Shown here in pieces: positions 56,803-64,000 of a stretch of DNA of 64,000 bases. A program made the position numbers and the translations under genes. How positions within the stretch are numbered: position 1 is the stretch's first letter; each line of letters opens with the position of its first letter. Source of the DNA: Minisyncoccota bacterium (GTDB lineage: Bacteria > Patescibacteriota > Minisyncoccia > Phycocordibacterales > UBA2100); assembly GCA_035708165.1 (NCBI GenBank), contig DASSSZ010000001.1, forward strand, positions 89,772 to 153,771. Direction: 5' to 3'. The notes below the pieces were generated by a model that searched no databases, had not been told where the DNA came from, and saw only the letters and a program-made list of their open reading frames with translations.

Positions 56803-57039
56803 TCAGTTCTTCGTATGCGGCGCGATCGCCTTGAGCTCCGCTTCGTGCCGCTTCGCAACTGTCATCATCGCCAGCATCTGATTGCCGCCGTTCTTCTTCA
56901 TCTCCTCTTGTGCTTCCTCTGCGATCGTCATCAGGAGATCGGGGTGCTCATCCACCATGCGCATCGCGGCATCCTGCTGGTCGCGCGGAAGCTTCTTGAT
57001 CTGCGCTTTCATCATCTGCTTCATCAGGAATTGTTTCAT
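56803..57039 (-). CDS. Methionine-rich small helical protein (78 aa), hypothetical
   Basis: 12 Met in 78 aa. TGCTATACT is 6 nt upstream of the ATG. Divergent from marR. Confidence 0.45.
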   Translation of the reverse strand: MKQFLMKQMMKAQIKKLPRDQQDAAMRMVDEHPDLLMTIAEEAQEEMKKNGGNQMLAMMTVAKRHEAELKAIAPHTKN

Positions 57040-57129
57040 CGCTCGAGTATAGCACGAGGTCCGGACGGCATGCAGATGTGAACAGTAAATAGTTGATATT
57101 GCAACAATGAGATGCTATCCTGGCTCCGT

Positions 57130-57591
57130 ATGGCATCCGGCACTGATCCGCGGACACGGGAGCTCCTGCGTCTCATCCACCAGACCGTCTTCATGTTCGA
57201 CCGCGCAGCGGACCACCAGCTGCGCGAGCGTTCGCTCGGGACCTTCCCGCAGTTCCTGATCATGACCGCGATCGACCGCTTCCCCGGCCTGACGCAGCAG
57301 AAGATCGCGGCATTCCTCCATGTGACGCCGGCTGCGGTGAGCCGCATGCTCGATACGCTCGTCGAAGCGGGTTACGTGAGCCGTACCGATAAGCTCGGCA
57401 GCCGGCGCGCGCATGCCGTCGCTCTGACCGCCGCCGGACGGCGGCGCTTCGAGCGGATGGACGCGTTGGTCTCGAGCCAGGCGGCGATCGTGACAGCAAC
57501 GGTCCCGCGCGCGGAGCTGGAAGCGACGCTGCGCACGCTCCACGCGCTGCACGAGACGGTTGCCGAGGCATGCGTCCCGCATCACGGATAG
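57130..57591 (+). CDS. MarR-family transcriptional regulator
   Basis: The wHTH LTQQKIAAFLHVTPAAVSRMLDTLVEAGYVSR. TGCTATCCT is 8 nt upstream. An alternative start lies at 57112. Confidence 0.75.
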   Translation: MASGTDPRTRELLRLIHQTVFMFDRAADHQLRERSLGTFPQFLIMTAIDRFPGLTQQKIAAFLHVTPAAVSRMLDTLVEAGYVSRTDKLGSRRAHAVALTAAGRRRFERMDALVSSQAAIVTATVPRAELEATLRTLHALHETVAEACVPHHG

Positions 57592-57617
57592 CCTTTATAC
57601 TATAAATCACCTACTCC

Positions 57618-59246
57618 ATGGATCTCACCCGCTTCTTCGGCCGTATCACCTGGCGCACGCGCACCGTCGTCGGCGCCGTGCTCATCGTGATCGTCCTTCT
57701 CGCTGCTTTCGTCTATGCCATGCATAGCCGCGGCGATGCTGCCGCTGATACGACCGCGAACCAGACGCCGCTGGTCTCGGTCGCGTCCGTCTCTTCCCTT
57801 GCCGAGAGCGGCACCTCGTTCTCCGTCATCGGCACGGTGCAGTCGGAGACCGAGGCGAGCGTGCTCACGCAGGGCGCGGGCGAGGTCACGCACGTCTACA
57901 AGCAGCTGGGCGACAGCGTCTCGGCGGGCGCGGTCATCGCCGAGCTCGACAACGCCAGCCAGCGCGCAGCCGTCACGCAGGCGCAAGGCGCCGTCGCCGC
58001 GGCGGAAGCGAGCCTCTCGAAAGTCGAAAGCGGCGCACGCACGCAGCAGCGCACGATCGCGGAAGCGAGCGATGCCTCGGCGAAGGCCGCGGCTGGCAAC
58101 GCGGTCGCCTCGGCCTACGCCGCCATCGAGGACACCGTGACGCACACGGCCGATCCGATGTTCTCTAATCCGAACACCACGGACCCGTCGATCGCGTTCA
58201 CCAGCACCGAATCGCAGCTCGTCGTGAACGCCGAGAACGAGCGCCAGCAGCTCGCCGCGCTCCTCGCCAAGGGGCAATCGGCTGCAGACGGGCTTGGCAG
58301 CACGAGCGATTCCGCCGCGCTTCACGCCGCCATCGCAGCTGCGCAGTCGGACGTGCGGGAGACGCGCGATTTCTTTGATACCCTCATCGGCGCCCTGAAC
58401 GCAGCCGTGCCGTCGCAGTCCGTCTCGACGACGCAGATCGCGACATGGGAAGCGGGCGCGAGCACGGCACGCAGCACGCTCACCGGCACGCTCTCGGCGC
58501 TTACCTCGGCCGATGCCGCCCTCACCACGGCCGACGAGACCCTCTCGCAGACCAACGAGGGCGCGCAGCCGCAGGATACTGCCGCGGCGCAAGCGGCCGT
58601 GATGCAGGCACAAGGCGGGCTCGCCGCAGCGCAAGCTGCGCTCGAGAAGACCATCGTCCGCGCACCCATCTCCGGCACGATCAATGCCATCAGCATCACG
58701 CAGGGCGACTATGTGTCGAATTTCGAGAACGTCGTCACGATCGCGAATAATCATGCGCTCGAGATCGTCGCGAACGTGACAGAGGCGGATGCCAAGCGGC
58801 TCACCGCCGGGCAACCGGTCACCATCGACGGCTCCGCGGCAGGCACGGTCACGCGCATCGCCCCGGCGATCGATCCTTCGACGAAGTCCATCCAGGTGAA
58901 GATCGGCGTCACCGAAGGCGCCGACGCGCTCACGAACGGCGAGTCGGTCACGGTCACCTTCCCGGAGTCCGAGACGCAGGCGGCTGCGAGCCAAGGCCCT
59001 GCGACTATCCCCATCATCGCGGCGAAGATCCTTCCCACCGGGCCGGTCGTCTTCACCGTGAGCGCGGATGATACGCTCGTCGCGCATCCGATCTCGTTCG
59101 GTCCGATCCTCGGCGACCGTGTCACGGTCACCGAGGGGCTTACCCCGGATATGGCCATCGTCACGGACGCCCGCGGGCTGTTCGAAGGCGAGAAGGTCGA
59201 GGTCGCGACCGGCTCGGCGCCGGCTGCAACGACCACCGCGCAATAA
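57618..59246 (+). CDS. Efflux RND transporter periplasmic adaptor subunit (membrane fusion protein)
   Basis: N-terminal TM, long coiled-coil hairpin, then the lipoyl/beta-barrel motifs (IVRAPISGTI, VANVTEAD). Confidence 0.8.
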   Translation: MDLTRFFGRITWRTRTVVGAVLIVIVLLAAFVYAMHSRGDAAADTTANQTPLVSVASVSSLAESGTSFSVIGTVQSETEASVLTQGAGEVTHVYKQLGDSVSAGAVIAELDNASQRAAVTQAQGAVAAAEASLSKVESGARTQQRTIAEASDASAKAAAGNAVASAYAAIEDTVTHTADPMFSNPNTTDPSIAFTSTESQLVVNAENERQQLAALLAKGQSAADGLGSTSDSAALHAAIAAAQSDVRETRDFFDTLIGALNAAVPSQSVSTTQIATWEAGASTARSTLTGTLSALTSADAALTTADETLSQTNEGAQPQDTAAAQAAVMQAQGGLAAAQAALEKTIVRAPISGTINAISITQGDYVSNFENVVTIANNHALEIVANVTEADAKRLTAGQPVTIDGSAAGTVTRIAPAIDPSTKSIQVKIGVTEGADALTNGESVTVTFPESETQAAASQGPATIPIIAAKILPTGPVVFTVSADDTLVAHPISFGPILGDRVTVTEGLTPDMAIVTDARGLFEGEKVEVATGSAPAATTTAQ

Positions 59247-59249
59247 CGT

Positions 59250-62200
59250 ATGCTCTGGCTCTGGAATTTCTTCCTCGAGCGGCGCCAGTTCAGCTATATG
59301 CTGATCGGCACGCTCATCTTCGCCGGCGCATTCGCCGTGTTCGCCATACCGAAGGAGAACTACCCCGCGATCACTATCCCCTACGGGATCGTCGTCACGC
59401 TCCTGCCTGGTGCGTCCGCAGCGGATGTGGAAACGCTTGTCACGGATAAGCTCGAGGACCAGATCTCGAACCTTTCGAACCTCGATACCGTGACCAGCCA
59501 GTCCATGAACGGGGTCTCGGAGATTACCGTGCAGTTCGATGCGAACGCTGATATCACGACCTCGATCCAGGATCTGCGCGACGCCGTGGCGCAAGCCGCA
59601 GGCGACCTGCCGAGCGACGCGACGACGCCCACCGTCACCAAGCTCAATTTCGAGGATCAGCCGGTCATCGTGGCATCGGTCGTGAGCGACCTTCCCCAGA
59701 CGGAGCTCTCGGCGCTCGGCACCAAGGTCTCCGACCAGCTGAAGGCTCTCTCCGGCGTCTCCAAGGTGGATGTGACCGGTGTCCCGGATCGCCAGGTCAG
59801 CGTCATCGTGAGCAAGCAGGCGCTCGCGCAGCACGGCCTCTCGCTCTCCGATGTCACGCAGGCGATCGCCGGCAGCAACACCGCGCTGCCCGCAGGCACT
59901 ATCACCATGGATGGCGTCAACTATGACGTGAACTTCAAGGGCGGGCTCACCGATCCTGCCGAATTGCAGGACGTGACCGTGGGCACGTCCGGCGGCGCGC
60001 CGATCTACCTGCGCGATATCGCGCTCATCTCCGATGGCCTCGCGCCGGCATCCACGTACTCGCGCGTCTCCATCGCAGGCGAACCGAGCAACCAGGCGAT
60101 CACGTTCGACGTCTACAAGCAGTCCGGCGCAAGCATCCAGGGCGTCGCCGATGAGGCGCGCCAGGAGCTCGCAGCCCTGCAGGAAGACGGCGGGCTGCTT
60201 GCCGGCGCCAAGGTCTTCGTCGCTCCTTCCACCGACCAGGGCGCGCAGGTGAGCCAGTCGCTCGGCGATCTCACTAAGACCGGATTCGAGACGGTGCTCC
60301 TCGTCCTCCTCATGCTCTTCCTCACGATCGGCTGGCGCGAGTCCATCGTTGCAGCGCTCTCGATCCCGCTCTCGTTCGTGATCGCGTTCGTCGGCCTCTA
60401 CGCCACGGGCAACACCCTCAACTTCATCTCCCTCTTCGCGCTCATCCTCGCGGTCGGCATCCTCGTGGACTCGGGCATCGTCGTCACGGAAGCCATCCAC
60501 GCACGCATGCGCATCTACCACGATCCGATGAAAGCGGCGAAGCATGCGCTCGCCGACTACGCGTGGCCTCTGATCGCCGGGACCATGGTCACGGTCGCCG
60601 TGTTCGCGCCCCTGTTCTTCATTTCCGGCATCGTGGGGCAATTCATCGCTGGCATCCCGTATACGCTCATCTTCGTCTTGCTCGCCTCTATCTTCGTCGC
60701 GCTCGGCATCGTGCCGCTGATCGCGATCCTCTTCAGCGCCTCGGACCGGCATAATCGTCTCGAGCAGCTCCAGGAGCGCTACACCGACCGCATCACCGAG
60801 TGGTACAAGCGCATGCTCGGCCGCCTTCTCGCGAGCCGCCGCGCGCAGAACTGGTTCCTCTCCGGCATCGCTGCCCTCTTCGTGATCTCGCTCTTCCTGC
60901 CGATGACAGGCCTCGTACAGTCCATCTTCTTCCCGCAGGACGATAGCGACTACGTGATCGTTTCCATCGAGAAGCCGCAGGGCACCGTGCTCGCCACGAC
61001 CGATCTCGCAGTGCGCGAAGTGGAAGAGCTCCTGTACCAGGACAAAGAGATCGCCTCCTTCCAGACGACCGTGGGCGCCGGCAGCGCGCTCGGCGGGTTC
61101 GGCGGCGGCGGCATGAGCGGCAACGAGGCGAACATCACGGTCAACCTCAAGAAGCCGCGCGACGTCACGAGCACGCAGGAAGTCGCCCGGCTCCAGCATC
61201 TGCTCGCGCCCGTCAAGGATGCGACCATCCAGGTCACGCAGCCGTCCGAAGGACCTTCGACCGGCGCCCCGATCCAGATCGAGCTCAAGGGCAGCAATCT
61301 CGACGATCTCGTCACTGCGGCGGATAAGGCCGAGGCGCTCCTCGCTTCGATCCCGCACACGGTGAACGTCGATTCCTCGACCAAGAGCACCGGCACCGAG
61401 CTCGACCTCACGATCGACCGCGCGAAAGCCGCTGTGCTCGGCGTCTCGCCGCTCACGATCGCGCAGACGCTCCGCACGGCCATCAACGGCACGAAGGCGA
61501 CCACGATCAACGAGCCCGGCCAGGATATCGACGTCATCGTGCAGCTCGACCTCAATTCGAACTACACCTCGGCTGCCGATACGGCGGACGCCACGCTCGA
61601 TGCAGTGAAGAACATCCAGGTGCCGACGACGCACGGCACCACGGTCCTCCTCGGTTCCGTCCTCTCCGATGCGCTCGCGCCTTCGAATGCGACCATCGCG
61701 CATAAGGACAAGGTGCGGCTGGAGACCGTCTCCGCGTATCCGGACGACACGACGACCGCTGGCGTCATCGTGGCGGAGTTCCAGAAGAAGGCAGCGTCGC
61801 TCGACCTCCCGGCCGGCGTCACCATCGATTACGGCGGCGAGAGCGAGGACATCGGGACGTCGTTCACGCAGATGTTCGTCGCGCTCCTCGCGGGCTTCGC
61901 CCTGATGTTCATGATCCTGGTGCTCGCGTTCAACTCGTTCCGCTACACCTTCTACCTGCTGATGATCGTGCCGCTCTCCCTCATCGGCGTGCTCGACGGC
62001 CTCGCGCTGACCGGCCAGCCGCTCTCCTTCCCTTCCATGCTGGGCTTCATCGCGCTCGGCGGCGTCATCATCAATCACGCGATCATCCTCATGGACTCGA
62101 TGATCCGGCATCTCGCCGCTTCGCCTGAGACCCCGATCGAGGACATCGTCATCGACTCGGCAGCAACGCGCTTGCGTCCTATCGCGCTCACCACGATCGC

Positions 62201-62432
62201 GACCGTGCTCGGCATGATCCCGCTCTCGGGCTCGAGCGCCATGTGGAGCCCGCTCGCGTTCACCATCATGTTCGGCCTCTCGTTCGCGATCGTCCTCACG
62301 CTCGCGCTCATCCCGACCATCTTCTATCGCTCGGTCGTGCGGAAGCGCGCGAAGCAGGCGGGCATCTGGGAGCGCCGCCATCCGCTGCGCGCCATCGGCC
62401 GCCTCATCGCGCGCCCGTTCCGCCGCTCCTAG
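59250..62432 (+). CDS. Efflux RND transporter permease (AcrB/HAE family)
   Basis: 1060 aa with 12 TM helices and two large periplasmic loops. It directly follows the adaptor gene. Confidence 0.9.
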   Translation: MLWLWNFFLERRQFSYMLIGTLIFAGAFAVFAIPKENYPAITIPYGIVVTLLPGASAADVETLVTDKLEDQISNLSNLDTVTSQSMNGVSEITVQFDANADITTSIQDLRDAVAQAAGDLPSDATTPTVTKLNFEDQPVIVASVVSDLPQTELSALGTKVSDQLKALSGVSKVDVTGVPDRQVSVIVSKQALAQHGLSLSDVTQAIAGSNTALPAGTITMDGVNYDVNFKGGLTDPAELQDVTVGTSGGAPIYLRDIALISDGLAPASTYSRVSIAGEPSNQAITFDVYKQSGASIQGVADEARQELAALQEDGGLLAGAKVFVAPSTDQGAQVSQSLGDLTKTGFETVLLVLLMLFLTIGWRESIVAALSIPLSFVIAFVGLYATGNTLNFISLFALILAVGILVDSGIVVTEAIHARMRIYHDPMKAAKHALADYAWPLIAGTMVTVAVFAPLFFISGIVGQFIAGIPYTLIFVLLASIFVALGIVPLIAILFSASDRHNRLEQLQERYTDRITEWYKRMLGRLLASRRAQNWFLSGIAALFVISLFLPMTGLVQSIFFPQDDSDYVIVSIEKPQGTVLATTDLAVREVEELLYQDKEIASFQTTVGAGSALGGFGGGGMSGNEANITVNLKKPRDVTSTQEVARLQHLLAPVKDATIQVTQPSEGPSTGAPIQIELKGSNLDDLVTAADKAEALLASIPHTVNVDSSTKSTGTELDLTIDRAKAAVLGVSPLTIAQTLRTAINGTKATTINEPGQDIDVIVQLDLNSNYTSAADTADATLDAVKNIQVPTTHGTTVLLGSVLSDALAPSNATIAHKDKVRLETVSAYPDDTTTAGVIVAEFQKKAASLDLPAGVTIDYGGESEDIGTSFTQMFVALLAGFALMFMILVLAFNSFRYTFYLLMIVPLSLIGVLDGLALTGQPLSFPSMLGFIALGGVIINHAIILMDSMIRHLAASPETPIEDIVIDSAATRLRPIALTTIATVLGMIPLSGSSAMWSPLAFTIMFGLSFAIVLTLALIPTIFYRSVVRKRAKQAGIWERRHPLRAIGRLIARPFRRS

Positions 62433-62489
62433 CCCGGCTCGCCGACAAGCTCGCCGTTCGACTCCCGGCAGGATCTGCAAATGGCAAGC

Positions 62490-62514
62490 GGCCCAAGAGT
62501 TTCGCTCTTGGGCC
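62490..62514. terminator. Bidirectional hairpin between RND operon and tRNA-Glu
   Basis: GGCCCAAGAG-TTTCG-CTCTTGGGCC perfect 10-bp stem. T-rich flanks are weak on both strands. Confidence 0.45.
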
Positions 62515-62523
62515 GGTCATTTG

Positions 62524-62595
62524 TGACCCTACCGGGAGTCGAACCCGGATTACCGCCGTGAGAGGGCGATGTCCTAACCATTAGACGATAGGGCC
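62524..62595 (-). tRNA. tRNA-Glu (anticodon CUC)
   Basis: Cloverleaf folded by hand. Acceptor GGCCCTA/TAGGGTC, D-arm GTCT-AATGGTTA-GGAC, anticodon arm TCGCC-CTCTCAC-GGCGG, T-arm CCGGG-TTCGACT-CCCGG. Discriminator A. CCA is not encoded. Confidence 0.8.
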
Positions 62596-62638
62596 GAACG
62601 CGAAGGATTATAAAACAAACATGCCGGAAATGGAAGCG

Positions 62639-64000
62639 CTACGCATGCAGCCCGACCTGGTGGTCGTAAAGCTCGCGGTAGACGCCGCCTTCGATCGCGA
62701 TCAGCTCTTCGTGCGTCCCCTGCTCGACGATCCTGCCGTCCTTGAGGACGAGGATCCGGTCCGCCTTCCGTACCGTCGAGAGCCGGTGCGCGATGATGAA
62801 TGTGGTGCGGCCGGCCATCAGCTCCTCGAGCGCTCCCGTGAGCGCCCGCTCCGTGCGCGCGTCGAGCGCGCTCGTCGGCTCGTCGAGGATGAGGATCCGC
62901 GGGTTGCGCAGGGCTGCGCGTGCCACGGCAAGCCGCTGCTTCTGCCCTACGGAGAGCTTCACGCCCCGCTCGCCGACCACCGTCTCGTATCCCTTCGGGA
63001 GCCGCTCGATGAACTCGCCTGCCTGCGCGATCGCGACTGCCCGCGCCACCTGCTCGTCGGATGCCCCGAATGAGCCGTAGGCAATATTCATCCGGATGGT
63101 GTCATTGAAGAGCGCGACCTCCTGCGGCACCATGGCCGTCTGTGCGCGGTACTCCGCGAGGTTCAGCCGGCGCGTGTCGATGCCATCTATCGCCACCTTC
63201 CCTTCGCTCGGGAAGTAGAAGCCGAGCAGGAGGCCGATGATGGTGCTCTTGCCGCCGCCAGACGCTCCCACGAGCGCGATCGTCTCTCCTTCCTTGGCAT
63301 GGAACGTGATATCGCGGAGCACCGGCGATTCCGCATCGCCGTAGCGGAACGTGACGCCTTCGAACGAGACGTCGCCGCCGAGCGCCGGCAACGGCTGCGC
63401 GCCTTCCGGCTCGTACGCCTCGAGCGGCTGGGACATGATCTGGTCGTGGTAACGGGTCGCCGCGATGAGGCCGTTCTGGATCTGCTGCCAGCCGTAGCCG
63501 AAAGAGACGAAAGGCCCCAGGAACATCAGGGCATACCCGTTGAAAGCGACCAGCTGGCCGATCGTAAGCGCGCCCTCCGAGACGAACATGATCGACGCGC
63601 CGAGCACGATCCCCTGCACCAGGAGCACGATCACGCGCTGGTAGAGGCCCGTGAAGCTCCAGATGCGCTCCACGTGCATCCAGCGCGCGAAGGTCTCGCC
63701 CATCCAGTCGCGCCGCGCCTTCTCTTCCTCGTACCCTTCCGTCGCGAACGCCTTCACCGTATCCACGTGTTCTGCCGCTGCGGCGGCATCGCCCCAGGAG
63801 CGGTTCCAGCGCGCATGCGCATCCCGGTATGCCGCCGCCTGCCCGCGCACCACCTGCCAGAGCATCATGCAGTACGCGAGCGCCCCTGCGACGAGGACCC
63901 ACGCGAGCAGCGGATTGATCGTGAAGGCGAACGTGATCCCGACAGCGACCGCGAGGAGCTGCGGAGAGATGTCCGTGATCGAGCGGATCGTCGCGGTGCA
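62639..64000 (-). CDS. ABC transporter permease/ATP-binding fusion (exporter type), 5' end outside window
   Basis: NBD Walker A GASGGGKST, signature LSVGQKQR and Walker B ILILDE. The frame remains open upstream of the first Met to the window edge through TM segments. Confidence 0.85.
   Translation of the reverse strand, partial: CTATIRSITDISPQLLAVAVGITFAFTINPLLAWVLVAGALAYCMMLWQVVRGQAAAYRDAHARWNRSWGDAAAAAEHVDTVKAFATEGYEEEKARRDWMGETFARWMHVERIWSFTGLYQRVIVLLVQGIVLGASIMFVSEGALTIGQLVAFNGYALMFLGPFVSFGYGWQQIQNGLIAATRYHDQIMSQPLEAYEPEGAQPLPALGGDVSFEGVTFRYGDAESPVLRDITFHAKEGETIALVGASGGGKSTIIGLLLGFYFPSEGKVAIDGIDTRRLNLAEYRAQTAMVPQEVALFNDTIRMNIAYGSFGASDEQVARAVAIAQAGEFIERLPKGYETVVGERGVKLSVGQKQRLAVARAALRNPRILILDEPTSALDARTERALTGALEELMAGRTTFIIAHRLSTVRKADRILVLKDGRIVEQGTHEELIAIEGGVYRELYDHQVGLHA

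Noticed and set aside
57600-62480. 1626-aa ORF on the minus strand
   Set aside because: It is antisense to the RND adaptor and permease genes. Its composition is R/D/E/G-rich low complexity, typical of GC-rich shadow frames. The plus-strand genes have clear domain architecture.
1-64000. CRISPR arrays, rRNA genes, IS elements or transposases
   Set aside because: No direct-repeat/spacer periodicity, no 16S/23S/5S signatures and no DDE or HTH transposase ORFs were seen. The only recombinase is a XerC/D-type tyrosine recombinase without flanking phage or IS genes.

Overview
This is a 64-kb, high-GC (about 67%) bacterial chromosomal window densely packed with housekeeping genes. It contains a ribosomal-protein/rpoA operon, six aminoacyl-tRNA synthetase genes, a heat-shock locus, a partial dcw cell-wall cluster, a MarR-regulated RND efflux operon, one tRNA gene and a partial ABC exporter. 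The synthetase genes are alaS, trpS, aspS, gltX, cysS and leuS. The heat-shock locus contains grpE, dnaK, dnaJ and an M16 peptidase gene. The dcw cluster consists of a dacA-like gene followed by mraY, ftsW and murG. The tRNA is tRNA-Glu(CUC). Several proteins are unusually short or of the 'minimal' type: AlaRS lacks the C-Ala domain, AspRS is the archaeal/short type, and murD is missing between mraY and ftsW. This points to a streamlined, possibly CPR/Patescibacteria-like organism, but the taxon cannot be fixed from sequence alone. No CRISPR array, rRNA or transposase was seen.

The most unusual signals are:
1. A short PaaX-family winged-helix regulator sits between grpE and dnaK where HrcA/HspR would be expected. 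It is flanked by two inverted copies of an AT-rich ~40-bp perfect-palindrome element. This looks like a candidate novel heat-shock repressor and its operator.
2. A translationally coupled pair encodes a small membrane protein and an ATP-cone fused to a restriction-endonuclease-like nuclease.
3. About half of the genes have a conserved extended -10 box (TGnTATACT) placed 6-9 nt before the ATG with no Shine-Dalgarno, which implies pervasive leaderless mRNAs. A few genes carry canonical promoter plus SD.
4. A secreted protein is built from tandem two-cysteine CPxGTT..NGxC(V/I)P repeats.
5. A strong-promoter/terminator-delimited candidate sRNA or micro-ORF lies upstream of xerC.
6. Two tandem paralogous coiled-coil cell-wall hydrolases swap a C39-like cysteine peptidase domain for an M23 domain.

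Many long antisense 'shadow' ORFs in the six-frame track are artefacts of the high GC content.
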